From assembly GCA_011109175.1 (NCBI GenBank), contig RDEW01000017.1:62001-126000 (forward strand): 64,000 nucleotides of DNA, written 5' to 3'. Position numbers and translations under genes: made by a program. The first letter of the stretch is position 1. Each line of letters opens with the position of its first letter. Origin of the DNA: Dicyema japonicum. Lineage: Eukaryota > Animalia > Dicyemida. This document shows, one piece after another, positions 1 through 14,229 of this stretch. Under the pieces are notes generated by a model that was not told the DNA's origin, ran no database searches, and saw only the letters and a list, made by a program, of their open reading frames with translations.

Positions 1-289
1 CATCAAATTTTAGGTGGACGAAAAATATTATAAACTAATTCAGGATAGAATTGATGCTTTCGCCACCTACCAGTACAGCCAGGTCATGCAGTTCATCGAA
101 TATTACGGTTTCTTTTTGGATGCATTTTCAGAGGTCAACTACGGAAACATTGCGGATGGAAATAAGATCAAGGAGATATCAGAATATTTGAAGCAAGATC
201 ACGTGTTCGATGATTACTGTCAAGTATTCTTTGTTTCTCAAAAAGCATATCAACAAATTCAGGGACATAGCAAAGGAAATAATGAGTTT

Positions 290-479
290 GCCAAGATATG
301 AGTACATCCGATGTCTCTGCATCGACTGTGAAGAACTAAAAATTAGTTTGGCGGAGGAAGGACATCGTTTATCCTCCATTTTACGCCAAGATATGAGTAC
401 ATCCGATGTCTCTGCATCGACTGTGAAGAACTAAAAATTAGTTTGGCGGAGGAAGGACATCGTTTATCCTCCATTTTAC
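290..479. repeat. Perfect 95-bp tandem duplication inside dynein coding sequence
   Basis: gccaagatatgagtac...ccattttac at 290-384 and 385-479; 95 is not a multiple of 3. Confidence 0.95.
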
Positions 480-3400
480 TTGAGAAAGTCGCCGAGGACA
501 ACCGAACCGAAAATAATCTGTAATTGCTAAATCCAATGCTTAGGATATGCGATGAGTTTGTAGAAATTTATAACAAAGCTACAAAAACTCCGGAAAACAC
601 CGAGGAACTCATAGAACTCACAAATTACATACAAACAGCAAGGACAGTAGGGATGGTCGACCTCAACAAAAGACTGGAGGTTCTAATCGACAACCTCACC
701 TTTTAGGAATCCAAAGAAAGACTAAGTTGGCTCATTGACTACCACTTGTTTTCTAAGGAGGACATTGAGCTCAACAACAAGACATTTTCGTGGTTTCAGT
801 GCATCAACCAAATCTTCGATGATAATGAGAAGGTTGTGAATTCGGTGACTTTCAGCTCATTGAAAGTTCCTACATCAATCGCCATGAAATTCTGGTTGAA
901 CAAAAGGAAAAGACTCTGCTACGTCTACATCAACTTAAGCAGCACGTTAGCGAGTTTGCAGACTTTGGAGAACTTTCGATGCTCCCCCAATACGTCCAGG
1001 ATATCAGACAGACCGTCTCCAGACTGAATGAGGAAGTAAAAATGATTGAGTGGATAAATAAGGTGAGTAATCCGTCCACATTGCGATTTAGGAGGAGACT
1101 TTGTTGAAGCTCCAAGTAACGGAATATGAGGAGGCGAATGAAATATCCTCTTCCATAGAAATATACCAGAGACTATTTACAATTGTCATGAAGTGGCAGA
1201 GAGCGGAGAAAAAGTAAATTTAGGGTTTTACGAAAGATGGATGGACGGATACTTGCAGGAGCTAAGTTCAGAGGTGGTCGAGGCTGAATCGGACGACTAC
1301 AAGAGAGAAATATACAAAATAAACAAAGTTCTTGAATTTTTTGAATCCTAGGTCTTTCTAGCCAACGCTAGGAAAAGGGTAAACGAATTGGGGGAAATTG
1401 TGAGGGAAAATAAAAGAAAACGATCTTCGATGATTTCCCAAGATGAAAGTGAGATGACCGCTGAGGAAATCGAAAAGTTATATGAAGTCCCTTCGATCGA
1501 TGAAATAAAGTCGCCGGCTGCTAAGGTCTGCGAGACAATTCAGAAAGACATTGATGACTTTAAGGTACATTTTTTGTTTGGACGCAAGGAAAATATTCCA
1601 ATTATTGCGACAATCTGTAATCCGGGAATAAGGCTGAGACACTGGCAACAAATGTCAGAGATTGCGGGCTTGGACCTTACGCCTGACTCTGGGACAACTC
1701 TGAGAAAAACACTCAAGCTGAACTTAACTCCCTACATGGAGGAATTTGAGGGGATCAGTGCCGCTGCTTCAAAGGTAGTTTTATGCGGAAGACTAAATTA
1801 AGGAGTACTCGTTAGAAAAAGCTCTCCAAAAAATGAAAGATGAGTGGGAAGATATCTCTCTTCCTCTGCTCAAATACAGGGATACGAATATAAATATTTT
1901 GTCTTCAATTGACGACATTCAAACTCTTTTGGACGACCAGTTGGTCAAAATTCAAACTATGAGAGGCTCACCTTTTATAAAGCCTTTGGAAGTTGAGGCA
2001 ACTGTAATCATCCGTAACTCCTTATTGCAGGAATGGAAGGACATTTTGGCTAATACACAGGAAACTTTGGAAGAATGGTTGTTGGTGCAGTCTCAGTGGC
2101 TTTACCTTGAACCGATCTTTAGCTCCGAGGACATTATGCAGCAAATGGCTGAAGAAGGACGCTACTTTAAAACAGTCGATAGATTTTGGAAGGAAATAAT
2201 GAGAAATACCTCCAAGAATCCACTTGTAGGCTTAATTATCCGATTTTAGGTGATTTCAGCATCCACCTCAGTCGGATTATTAGAAAAGTTGAAGGAATCG
2301 AATATTCTCTTGGAAAAAATCAACAAAGGACTGAACGCCTATTTGGAGAAGAAGAGACTATATTTCCCAAGGTTTGTCCATTTGTTATGTCTCCAGATTT
2401 TTCTTTCTATCAAATGATGAAATTCTCGAAATATTATCAGAAACTAAAGACCCCACACGTGTGCAGCCTCATCTCAAGAAATGCTTCGAAGGAATCGCTA
2501 AACTAAACTTTACTAAAACTCATGACATTACCACGTTGATTAGCAGCGAAAACGAAAGAATTGAACTTTCTAAAGTAAATTTGCTGAATTCAAACAGATC
2601 ATCAACACATTGGAGGCTGAGGGATCAGTGGAGAAGTGGCTCCTTCAATTTCAGGACACAATGTTCGAATCGATCCGTGATATTGTCACTAAATCCATGA
2701 AGGTCTCAGATTCTTTTTATTTAAGGCATATGGTGATACCAAACAATCTAAATGGGTCCTAGATTGGCCAGGACAAGTTATATCGTGCGTGTCTCAGGTT
2801 TTCTGGACGCAGGAAGTCCACAGGGCAATAAGATACGCCCACTAAGACGGCGTTAGGGAATATTTTGAATTATAAAACAAACAAATTAACGAAATTGTGA
2901 CCTTAGTGAGGGGAAATTTGAATGCTCAACAAATAATAAGTCTTGGAGTCTTAGTTGTCATTGACGTCCATTCCCGAGACGTCGTTGAGTTTCTTATGGA
3001 TCGAGGTTTATGTTAAAATTCAAAATTAGAGACTTCAGCGGAAAATGACTTTAATTGGCTTTCCCAACTCCGATATTACTGGGACAACAACCACTGTACT
3101 GTTAGTCTGATCAATGCGACTTTGAACTACTGTTATGAGTATTTGGGCAATTCTAGCAGGCATACTCATTTTGTATAAATTAGACTGGTCATCACCCCCT
3201 TTATTAACCGCTGCTACAGAACACTGATTGGGGCTTTCCATCTTAATTTAAATGAAGCCCCTGAAAGACCAGCAGGGACGGGTAAGACTGAAACTACCAA
3301 AGATCTTGCAAAAGCTATAGCTGTTCAATGTGTGGTTTTCAACTGTTCTGATGGCCACGATTACTTAGCCATGGGAAAAGTTAATGGATTTATCAATTTT

Positions 3401-5922
3401 TAGTTTTTTAAAGGACTTGCATGCACAGGTTCCTGCTCTTGTTTCGACGAATTCAATAGAGTCGAGTTGGAGGTACTATCTGTAATAGCTCAGCAAGTAA
3501 AACTGATTTTTAATAAAATAGATCCTCACTATTATTCGTGCTGTACAGGCTAAACTCATAAGCTTCAATTTCGAAGGGACAAATTTACTCATGAATCCTC
3601 AATGTTACATTTGCATCACAATGAATCCGGGGTACGCTGGTCGATCTGAAATTCTTGATAACTTGAAGGTTTTTTGTGGTTTACTATTATAGATTCTATT
3701 CAGACCTGTCGCCATGATGGTCCCCGATTATGCAATGATCGGGGGAATTATGCTTTACTCATTCGGGTTTTTCAACGCTCGAGAGTTGGCTGTAAAGATC
3801 GTGATGACCTACCGTCTCTGCTCGGAACAGCTTTTGTCCCAATTTCACTATGACTACGGAATGAGAGCCGTCAAAGCCGTCTTGGTAGCCGCTGGAAACT
3901 TGAAACATAAATTCCCAAATCAGGACGAAAATATAATAGTATTTTGACTAATAAGCAAAATCAGTTGCTCCGGTCAATAATCGACGTGAATCTCCCAAAA
4001 TTTTTATTCCACGACGTTCCACTATTTAAGTGTATCGTGTCGAATCTCTTTCCGGGGATTGAACTTTTGAACCCTGATTATGAATTGCTGTTTAGTTCCA
4101 TATCTGAGGTAGCGAAACAAAAAAATCTTCAAGTCACTGATTATTTCAATCTAAAACTGATCCAAATGTACGAAATAATGATTGTACGACACGGGTACCC
4201 TTAGTTGTAAATTAAAAGTTTTATGCTTGTTGGTGAGTCGTACGGGGCGAAAACATCGGTTATTAGTACTTTGGCTGATTCATTCTACCTCCTCAGCAAA
4301 ACAAGTGGTGAATACGAGCCAGTGCTATCCAAGACTTTAAATCCAAAATCTGTGACCATCGGCCAGCTCTTTGGGCAGTTCGACCTTGTTTCCCACGAGG
4401 TTGTGAATTGTAGTGATTTTAGTGGACTGATGGAATTGTTGCCAATACTTTTAAGAATTTGCATCAAATGACTCAAATGAGAGAAAATGGGTTATTTTTG
4501 ATGGACCGGTAGATACATTGTAAATTGAAAGCATGAACACTGTGCTGGACGATAATAAAAAACTCTGTCTGATGAGTGGAGAGATTATTCAGCTCACCGT
4601 CAATATGAGCTTGATCTTTGAAACTAGTGATCTATCTCAAGCTTCTGTACTCAAATTCATCATTTAATTCGTACAGCCTGCCACAGTGAGTAGATGTGGA
4701 CTGATTTACATGGAACTTTCGAATCTCGGGTGGAGGCCGCTGCTTAATTTTTGGCTCCACACGCTTCATGAAAAGTTGATAATTGAAAATCAATATATAA
4801 CTGATCTTTTCGAATGGCTGGTGGAGCCTATGGAATGTTATGTCCGAAAAACATTGAAGGTATTTCAAAAAGTCACTTACAGAGTTATACCCCCTCTAGT
4901 TCAATTGGAGTTATAAATTCTTTGATGAAATGGGTCGATATGCTTTTAAAGGACTCCCTATATAAGCAAAACATCAAGCAGAGGAACTGTAAAATATGGA
5001 TAACTGTAAAATACTGTTAATCATAAAGTTCGCCTTCCTCTTTGGGTTAGTCTGGTCGATTGACGCCTTGGTGGATGAGAACGGTAGACTCAAATTTGAT
5101 GCTATGTTAAGAAATTTATGTCAGAATGAAGTTCCCAAGAAGATCGGGAAACTTGATGTCTGATACCCAGATAAATTTACCGTTTATGATTACTTTTATG
5201 ATGTATAACTCATTTTCATTTAGTTCAAAGCACGTGGTTCGTGGAAGAATTGGAATGAACTTACTGTCGGATCTGTGATTCCAACAAACCGAAAACTAAG
5301 CGAAATTATTGTGCCGATTATCGACACAGTACGCTACAAATATATGCTCACTGTATATCTAGACAACCAGAGGTCTTGAGATCTTTTATTCTAAGGCCCA
5401 TTCTAATGTGTGGACCCACGGGTACTGGAAAAACTTCTTACATTCAAATGAAACTGTTAAATGAGTCGGATAAAGACAAGTTTGACGCTTATTTTATAAA
5501 TTTTTCTGCACAGATGAGTGCGAGTCAACCTCAGGTAATTTATCGTCAAGAAAATTAGAACATTGTCATGTCCAAGCTGGAAAAACGACGTCGTGGGATC
5601 TATGGTCCCCATATTGGGAAAAAGGCAATCATTTTCGTCGATGACTTGAATATTCCAGCAAAAGAAAAATTTGGAGCCCAACCGCCGATAGAGCTTCTTC
5701 GACTAATGATGGATCACGGAATATGGTATTAATCAAATATACTTTTAGGTATGATCTCAAGGACACAAGCAAGATAACCGCACAAGACGTTCAGTTTATC
5801 TCGGCAATGGGCCCACTTGGGGGAGGGAAAAACTTTGTGACTGAAGGATTACTTCGACATTTCAAAATAATCGGGATAACTCCCTTTGACGACAATTCCT
5901 TTACAAAAATCTTCACATCTTT

Positions 5923-6158
5923 GATGACCACGTTTTTCAAGGTATTTTTATTCCGCATTTCTAAGAGGGAGGAGTTTTCTTCTGACTTTCTCCAACTCGG
6001 CAAGAATATAGTGGACGCATCCCTGAGGGTGTATAACGAGGATGACCACGTTTTTCAAGGTATTTTTATTCCGCATTTCTAAGAGGGAGGAGTTTTCTTC
6101 TGACTTTCTCCAACTCGGCAAGAATATAGTGGACGCATCCCTGAGGGTGTATAACGAG
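5923..6158. repeat. Perfect 118-bp tandem duplication in dynein, containing a 24-nt intron
   Basis: gatgaccacg...gtataacgag at 5923-6040 and 6041-6158. Confidence 0.95.
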
Positions 6159-9100
6159 ACAATTTCATTTCTACTCTTTACACCGAACAAATTACATTAT
6201 GTCTTTAACCTGAGGGACTTTTCAAAAGTTATCCTTGGTTGCTGTCTGGTAAACAAGAAAAAAGTGGAAGGGAAGCGAACTCTGATAAGGTGAGTTTACT
6301 GTTTTATCAGAGACTTTGGGTTCACGAAACGATAAGGGTATTCTACGACCGACTGACTGACGCAAATGACATGAGCTGGCTTTTCGGGTATTGAGTCGTT
6401 TTATCTCCCAGTATTCTAAGGGAAATTGTCATGGAATCATTTAACGAAAAGTTTGAGAGTCTTTTCGAAATACTGATGACTGATAATCAAAATAAGGTCA
6501 CATTATAAGGCATCTTTGTTGCACGGAAGAAGATTTGCATAGTTTGTTTTTTTGCGATTACATGAACCCCGATTTGGAAGTCAGTGAAAAGAGCTATGAA
6601 GAAGTCAAGTCGATCGATAAAATGTATTCTGCCGTGGAGACCTATCTAACCGAGTACAACTCAACCCACAAAACTCAGATGAATATTATTTTATTCTGGT
6701 AGACTTGAAACGATGTCATTAATAGATACGTTTTGGAGCATTTGTCTAGAATATGCAGAATTCTGAGGTCTCCTCGTGGGAGTTGTATGTTCGTCGGAGT
6801 AAGTGGATCAGGAAGACAGTCCTTGACTAGACTAGCCTCTTATATAGCCAATTATAACGTCTTTCAGCCTGAAATAGTTAAAGGATACCGAACTAACGAG
6901 TGGAGAAAGGACTTGAAGGTTTGCTAGTCTTATATTTTAAAGACCATTTTGAAAAAGACAGGTGTTGATGGACTTCCAATGGTGTTCTTGGTATCAGATA
7001 ACCAAATAAAGAAAGAATCTTTCCTTGAGGATATCGACTTACTGTTAAACACCAGTGAAGTCCCTAATCTGTTTGCGATCGAGGAAAAGGTCGAAATCAT
7101 CGAAGTTATAGTCGAATAGTGAAGTTTAGTCAATGAGAGTCTGCACCCAAGCAGATAAACTGGAGAATCTGACACCACTGATGCTGTTCAACTACTTTGT
7201 CGGGAGATGTTGAGAGAACCTCCACATCGTTTTAGCATTAAGTCCGATTGGGGATACATTTAGTACGAGGATAAAACAATTCCCGTCACTCATAAATTGT
7301 TGTACCATCGATTGGTTTCAGGTATTAGATTTTTGTGATAAATTCCATGGCCGGAGGAGGCCTTGGAACGGGTAGCAATAAAATATTTGTCCACAATCGA
7401 GTCGCTCGAGTCCAATAGAGACAGTTATGTCATTGCGTGCAAAAGTATAGACACATTTGCCAGGGAAATATCACTAAAGTTTCCATTTTTTGTAAAACTG
7501 CAGGTTTTATGACGAAACTAGACGAAAGACGTATGTGACTCCCACTAGTTATCTCGAATTACTCATGACCTTTTCCAAATTGCTCAATATTAAAAAAACG
7601 GAAATTTTGAACTCCAAAAATCGTTACGTAAATGTTCTCAAAAAACTAAAATTTGCGTTGGAACAAGTTTATTGAGTGTCTCATTTTGTAGATTGAAGTA
7701 ATGCAGACAGAATTGGAAGAGCTCAAGCCAAAGCTGATTGTAGCTTCGGCAGAAACCGTCCAAGTTTTAGAAAAGATCAAAAAAGAGTTTGTGGAAGTCG
7801 AAGAGACCAGTAAAACTATTCGTCAAGACGAGGCCGCGGCGAATGAGAAAGTAAAAGCCGCCCGAGCCTTGAAGGATGAATGCGAAGCAGATTTGGTCGA
7901 AGCCATTCCAGCTTTGGAGGCAGCGATTGAGGCTCTAAATACTCTTAAGGTGTAGTCCCTATTTAGTTGTAGCCTGTGGACATTGTAATCGTGAAAAATT
8001 TCATTAACCCACCTTCTGGAATTAAACTGGTTATGGAAGTCGTTTGTGTGATGAAAAGAATAAAACCAGACCTAGTCCCCGATCCCGCTGGAACTGGAAG
8101 AAAGGTGAATTAACTTAAAACTCTTATAGATATTGGATTATTGGGGTCCTTCAAAAAAGCTTTTGGGGGATATAAGCTTCCTTCAGCAATTAAAGGAATA
8201 CGACAAGGACAATATCCCCGTAAATTTTATTATCATAATAAGGCTTCCATAATAAATTCCGTTCGAAATGAATACACAAAGAACCCAGAATTAGATCCGG
8301 CCAAATTTGCCAATGCTTTTTCCGCGGCCGAAGGTCTTTGCAAATGGATTCTGGCCATGGAAATATACGATAGACTCGCCAAGGTGGTCGCTCCAAAAAA
8401 AGCTTCCTTAAAAGTCGCTGAGGAAGAGCTTGAGAGCACTATGAACAATTTAGCAATCAAACAGAAAGAGCTTAAAGATGTCGAGGATCGTTTAGCCACC
8501 CTGAAAGCTGAGTTGGAAGAAGCTCAGAACAAAAAGGAAAGTTTAGAAAACTAGGTTTTTTGAATTATTTAAAAAACAGGTTGATTTGTGTGGGAAAAAA
8601 TTACTGAGGGCAGAAAAGTTGATTGGAAGTCTTGGGGGAGAAAAAGAAAGGTGGAACAAATAGGCCAATAACCTCAAAAAAACCCTGGATAATATACCAG
8701 GTTAGATAAATCCGGTTTATTCAAGGAAATGTGCTCATATTTTCTGGATTTATATCATATTTGGGTCCGTTCACTTTAGCTTACCGCGATAAATGCACGA
8801 AAGAGTGGTCCTTACTTTGTAAAAAACTGAAAATTCCTTGTTCGGACTCATTTTCTTTGTCTGAGACTTTGGGGGAGGCAATAAAAATTCAAGCTTGGAA
8901 CATAAATAATCTTCCGAGAGATCAATTCTCTTCGGATAACGAAATCATCGTGGCTAACGGCAGACGATGGTAAATAATTAAGTGAAACGTAGGCCATTGA
9001 TGATTGACCCCCAAAACCAAGCGACCAAGTGGATGAAAAATATGGAGAAGGCGAATTCTTTGTCCGTGGTCGAACTATCTGACGGCGACTTTATGCGAAC

Positions 9101-12100
9101 GATTAAAAATTCAATACAGTTTGGAAACCCTGTTCTGCTGGAAAATATAGGGGAAGAGCTTGAAGCATCGTTAGAACCTTTTCTTTTGAGGCAAACCTTT
9201 AAATCAAGTCTAAATATTTTTGTTAGTTTAGGGGGCGTGGAAATGATCAGTTTGGGGGATACTCTCATTGAATATAGTAGTGATTTTAGACTCTATATTA
9301 CAACAAAACTGAGAAACCCCCATTATTTGCCGGAGATTGCGACTAAAGTTTTGATAATAAACTTTATGATAACTCCCGATGGACTGGAAGACTAACTGTT
9401 GGGGATTGTCGTCGCCAAAGAGAGGTAAATTGACTTAACATTAAAGACCAGAATTGGAGCAAGAAAGACATAATTTGATTGTAACGACTGCACAGAATGC
9501 AAAGCAACTGAAAGAAATTGAAGACAAAATATTATTCACTTTTGCAAACTCTGAAAAAAATATATTGGAAGACGAAACCGTAATATAAATTCTGGACTCA
9601 TCCAAGCAACTCTCAAATGATATATCGAAGAAACAGAAGGTCTGATGTTGACTTTAACCAAAGATTGCTGAAGAGACTCAAACACAAATCAACGAGACGC
9701 GGGTATGCCACCAAGTTGTAGCTAATCATTCCTCAGTCCTTTACTTCTCAATTGCTGACCTCTCCAACATCAATCCAATGTACCAGTACTTACTCTCCTG
9801 GTTTATCAACCTCTTTATCACTTCCACACATGACAGGTAAGCAACCTTTATGACAAAAGTAACAAATCAAAGCAACTTGATAAGCGTATTCGCAACCTCT
9901 CGGATTATTTCACATATAATTTGTATTCGAATGTCTGTTGGTCGCTGTTTGAGAAAGATAAGCTCTTGTTCTCGCTTATTCTGTGTCTTAGCATTCAAAC
10001 GTAGAATTTGTGAAACTTATTTTAGAGCCAAAAACATTGTAAAGTCGGAAGATGTTTTGTTTCGTCTGACTGGTGGAATGGGTCTTGAAAATCCTGATTC
10101 TAATCCTCTCCCGGAATGGCTCCCCGACAAATCATGAGACGAAATCTGTCGACTTGACGAATATGAATCGTTTAGAAGTCTCAAGTTGGTCCCTCCTACT
10201 TTTTTAGAAATTCTTTGCTTGAATCTCCGAATCAGTGGAAGGAACTATTCGCCTCAAAAGATCCATTAAAGGTTTCTTACCCTCAATCGTAGAATACGAT
10301 GAATTCCTTCAATAAACTGGTCATTTTGAAATGTCTGAGACCTGATAAGGTTCATCTAAAATATTACCGATAGATTATTCTTGCCATAAGTCTGTATATC
10401 TCGGAAACACTGGGAAGAAAATTTACCACTCCTCCACCTTTTGATCTTCAAAAGAGTTTTGCTGATTCGTCAAATCAAATACCTCTCATTTTTATTCTAT
10501 CTCCGGGGGCGGATCCTATGAATGCTCTCCTAAAATTTGCAGAGGAAAAAGGATTCACTGGGAAAAGAATGCATGTTGTTTCTTTGGGACAAAGACAAGG
10601 TCCTGTTGCCTTAAAAGCGATCAACGAAGCCAGGGAACACGGCTACTGGGTTTGTCTCTAAAATTGTCACTTGGTTGTCTCCTGGATGAACAGTCTAAAA
10701 AAGTTCTGTGATAGATTGCCTTCTGTAAAGTCCCAGATCTCCTTCCGTCTCTGGTTAACCAGCTATCTTTCAGATAATGTCATAAATAGATTTTTATGTT
10801 TAGTTTCCTGTCTTTATTCTTCAAAATGGTGTAAAAATGACAAATGAACCCCCAACTGGTCTTCGACAGAATCTCCTCAAATCTTATACGAATGACCCGA
10901 TATCCGATCTTGAATTCTTTTCTTAGATTACCGAAAATAAAAGACCCGTAATTGTATTTCACTCATTTGTAAGAAATGATGGAAGCTGTTGTACTTTTTG
11001 TGTTTCTTCCACGCTTTAATTCATGAAAGAAAAAAGTTTGGAGCTTTAGGGTGGAATAATCCTTATGAGTTCAATGATTCCGATTTGAGAATATCAATTC
11101 GACAACTCAAAGTGAATAATCCCTCATATTTGATTAGATGTTCATTAGCGAGTACGATGAAGTCCCCTACGATGCATTCAAATATTTAACTGGGGAATGC
11201 AACTATGGTGGAAGAGTCACAGATGAATGGGACAGAAGGACACTGAACGTCATCCTCGAAAATTTTTACAACAAACAGGTATTTGTGCTTTAAATCCATT
11301 AAAGGTCGTTGAAAACGTTAAATATCAGTTTTCTCCAAGTGGGGCATACTATTCCCCGCTGAAAAGCAGCTATGAGGACTATATTGAGTTTATAAATGTA
11401 AGCTCTCTATGAAATCTCTAGAGTTTGCCTCCAACACAAATGCCAGAGGTCTTTGGAATGCACGAAAACGTGGACATATCCCGTGAACTTCAAGAGACTA
11501 ATCAGCTGTTTGATTCAGTACTCCTGGTAATCGGAACCGGAAGTAGAGGGGGAACAGCTCAATTGGATGAAAGCGTGTATACAATCGCGGGAGATATAAT
11601 AAATAAAGTGAAACTATTTTTTTATTCAGCTTCCCCCTAACTTTGACATTGAGTCCGCCAATGCTAAATATCCGGTAATGTACAGCGAAAGCATGAATAC
11701 TGTTTTGGTGCAGGAAATGGTTCGGTTTAACAGGCATTTCACGGAAATTCACCTTTAGACTGACTTCTTTAATTCGATCCAACCTGACGGACCTTCAGAA
11801 GGCGGTTAAGGGACTTGTCATGTTGAATCAGGAATTGGAAGAGATGGGGAATAGTTTAATGTTCGGGAAAGTCCCCTCTATGTGGAGTAGTCAATCCTAC
11901 CCCTCATTGAAACCCCTGGGGAGTTATATCAACGATTTAATAGAAAGATTGAAATTTTTAAAGGTTTTGAGTTTTTTAATCATCAGAATTGGTTCGACTA
12001 CGGAAAACCGAAGACTTTTTGGTTATCCGGCTTCTACTTTACTCAGGCATTCTTAACGGGGGTAATGCAAAATTATGCCAGAAAATACGTGATTCCTATT

Positions 12101-12599
12101 GATTTGCTCACTTTTGACTTTCAGGTTTATCATTTCTTTTGATTTTCCAGGTTTTGCCGCAATATCAGCTGGATTCGTCACCAGAAAACGGAGCCTACGT
12201 TTACGGACTGTTCCTCGATGGAGGTCGTTGGGACGTCAATGAGTATTTCGTGAGTTTTAGTCATTAGGGATTCTCTAGTGGAGCAAAAACCAAAGATCTT
12301 GTTTGACCAGATTCCAATAGTGTGGATCATTCCTAAAAAGAAGAGTGAAATGGTCGAAAACGATGGAAGGTAACATTCCTTCTTCAATCTAAGATATCTC
12401 TGTCCGGTGTATAAAACTCTTGAACGAAGAGGTGTTTTGTCGACCACAGGACATTCCACTAACTTTGTTATCTCCATGCTGTTGAAGACTAACAAATCAT
12501 CGAAACACTGGATCAATCGAGGCACGGCTATAATCTGTCAACTGAATGACTAGAATTTAACAACTAACACTAATTTTAATTTTATTCAAGTATTTTGTG

Positions 12600-12870
12600 C
12601 GTTTATGGATTTCTCCAAGCTTATCATTAAAGCACTTCACGAGAATAACATCAACCTCTTTAACACGCCTCTGTTATTAGTCAAATTTGTATTATTTTTC
12701 AGGTTTCTTAGACACGTACGGTCTATACCAAGTTGTTTATATACTTTTGCAATGTTTCCACTGCACTCTGAGAATTTTTTAATGGGGAAAGTTTTTCTTT
12801 GATTGTATAAGACTTTCTTTGCCATTCAACAGTTTGTAACTCAGAGATTTGTTCACTTGATATGTTTATG
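12600..12870 (-). mobile_element. Pogo/Tigger-like transposase N-terminal HTH relic
   Basis: Minus strand reads RKSYTIKEKL, then after a frameshift KKFSECSGNIAKVYKQLGIDRTCLRNLK, resembling the CENP-B/psq-type HTH of pogo transposases. Confidence 0.45.
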
Positions 12871-13119
12871 TTAAATTAAATTAATTAAAATTATTCCAAA
12901 GNAATTTGTATTATTTTTCCAGCTTCTTAGACACGTACGGTCTATACCAAGTTGTTTATATGCTTTTGCAATGTTTCCACTGCACTCTGAGAATTTTTTA
13001 ATGGGGAAAGTTTTTCTTTGATTGTATAAGACTTTCTTTGCCATTCAACAGTTAGTAAATCAGAGATTTGTTCACTTGATATGTTTATGTTAAATTAAAT
13101 TAATTAAAATTATTCCAAA
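12684..13119. repeat. 217-bp near-duplicate on either side of a single n (probable unmerged haplotype overlap)
   Basis: 12684-12900 vs 12903-13119, n at 12902, a few substitutions between copies. Confidence 0.85.
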
Positions 13120-13346
13120 AACCAAGAGTAACCAAGCTAACTAACTCCTTGATCCTGACTAGTTCCAGCGATCCAGAACTTGTCTCTAGGTAACGACATT
13201 GTCCCAGGAGAAAGAATAGTTGGACCCTCTTGATGCCGGCCAAGCATTGAGCGCCTCCTCACTAAGGTGGATCTAATGACGCCATCGAAGGGAAGGAAAA
13301 TAATTATTGACCAACTAGCCACATAACACAATTAAACAACTTGATT

Positions 13347-13795
13347 TTTTTTTTTAAACCAAAAATTTATTAACAATAAAATATTATTTATTAACTATGG
13401 GGGAGAGCGGCTGCTGACATCACGGAGTAAGCGTTTCCGCGAATAACTGCGATACCAATTCTTTGCCTCAACCAGACCGCTTCCCGCACGTCTTTCTTGC
13501 GGTGGGCCAATTTTCCCCCGATTTCCTTTAGGAAAGAGGGTGTAATACTTCCAGCCGCACCAGACGTCTCGATTGCTACCGGTACAAAACGGTAGCGGTC
13601 TCCAATTTCGCCATATTTTTTAATCTTGATTTTTAGGCCAGATCGGCTGCCGATCCAGCAGACTGCGCCGAGCTGAGCATCATCGAGTTCGAGAAAGAAT
13701 CCACAACAGTGCAGTCCCATACGAGCAATTTTCCCTCAGTGAACGGAAAGATAGTTAACCCATCCGGTCTTTTCCCATCTCCGCGGTCCAATCCC
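13347..13795 (-). mobile_element. 5'-truncated CRE-clade (restriction-like endonuclease) non-LTR retrotransposon with poly(A) tail and 11-bp TSD
   Basis: Minus strand encodes VGLDRGDGKRPDGLTIFPFTEGKLLVWD...RYRFVPVAIETSG...WLRQRIGIAVIRGNA. T-run at 13345-13355; TSD acaacttgatt at 13336-13346 and 13796-13806. Confidence 0.88.
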
Positions 13796-13904
13796 ACAAC
13801 TTGATTAAATTAATTTATAAAATTTAGTTCAAAAAAAATCGTGCCAAATTTATTTATTTAGGAAAAGAAATCTGCATAATTTATATTTAAATTAATTTTA
13901 ATTA

Positions 13905-14195
13905 ATTGTCAGCTTGTGGGCCAAGGATTCCTGTCGTCTGAACAATAAATGGGACAAACACTGATTCTCCGTAATGCTTAGGTACTTCCTTCTCTTCTGA
14001 TCCACTGCTTGTTTAGAAGCATAACCTGGCTTCGAGAATGAAGCGGCCAAATTTTTCCGAGAGTATGTATCAGCAATGTGTAGTGTCCCAAACCACCATT
14101 AGCAAAAGTGAATTTTTTTATCTCTCGGGGCGTTTGTCATCGTCTCGAGTGAAACGAGTCGGCTCCATAATGCAGTGGTGGCCAGCATAGGAAAA
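13905..14195 (-). mobile_element. Older degenerate CRE-clade RLE fragment
   Basis: Minus strand GHHCIMEPTRFTRDDDKRP...DTYSRKNLAASFSKPGYASKQAVDQKRRKY, homologous to the neighbouring CRE copies. Confidence 0.65.
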
Positions 14196-14229
14196 TACGC
14201 TTTAATCCAAAAATAATTTCAAATTATTT

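Larger units (their letters stand above)
14..12553 (+). pseudogene. DNAH12: Axonemal inner-arm dynein heavy chain (DNAH3/7/12 group, most like DNAH12); 5'-partial, many micro-introns, disabled
   Basis: Spliced translation gives the linker, AAA1 ([34 protein letters not shown], 3254-3355), AAA2 GESYGAKT, AAA3 GPTGTGKT, AAA4 GVSGSGRQS, stalk, AAA5 RPLMIDPQNQA, AAA6 and C-terminus [15 protein letters not shown] (TAG 12551-12553). AVQCVVFN and the GE..AKT P-loop match DNAH12 as I recall it. In-frame stops at 2843, 2873, 4521, 5161, 7211, 8552, 8661, 9393, 9586, 10135, 10659, plus frameshifting duplications. Example intron: 1063-1091 (29 nt). Confidence 0.92.

Noticed and set aside
14-12553. Alternative genetic code (TAA/TAG = Gln) explaining the dynein stops
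   Set aside because: TAA, TAG and TGA all end genes at conserved C-termini here (tubulin, nAChR, CYB5R TAA; dynein TAG; SLU7 TGA). Stops also replace Trp and Arg codons, and frameshifts co-occur.
14-12553. RIP-like CpA-targeted hypermutation
   Set aside because: Changes also occur in GG/CC contexts (GGA>GAA, GGA>AGA, CCT>CTT); ordinary GC-to-AT bias is sufficient. A formal spectrum was not computed.
13137-13331. 64-aa minus-strand ORF
   Set aside because: Only a faint resemblance to RT motifs; too degenerate to call.
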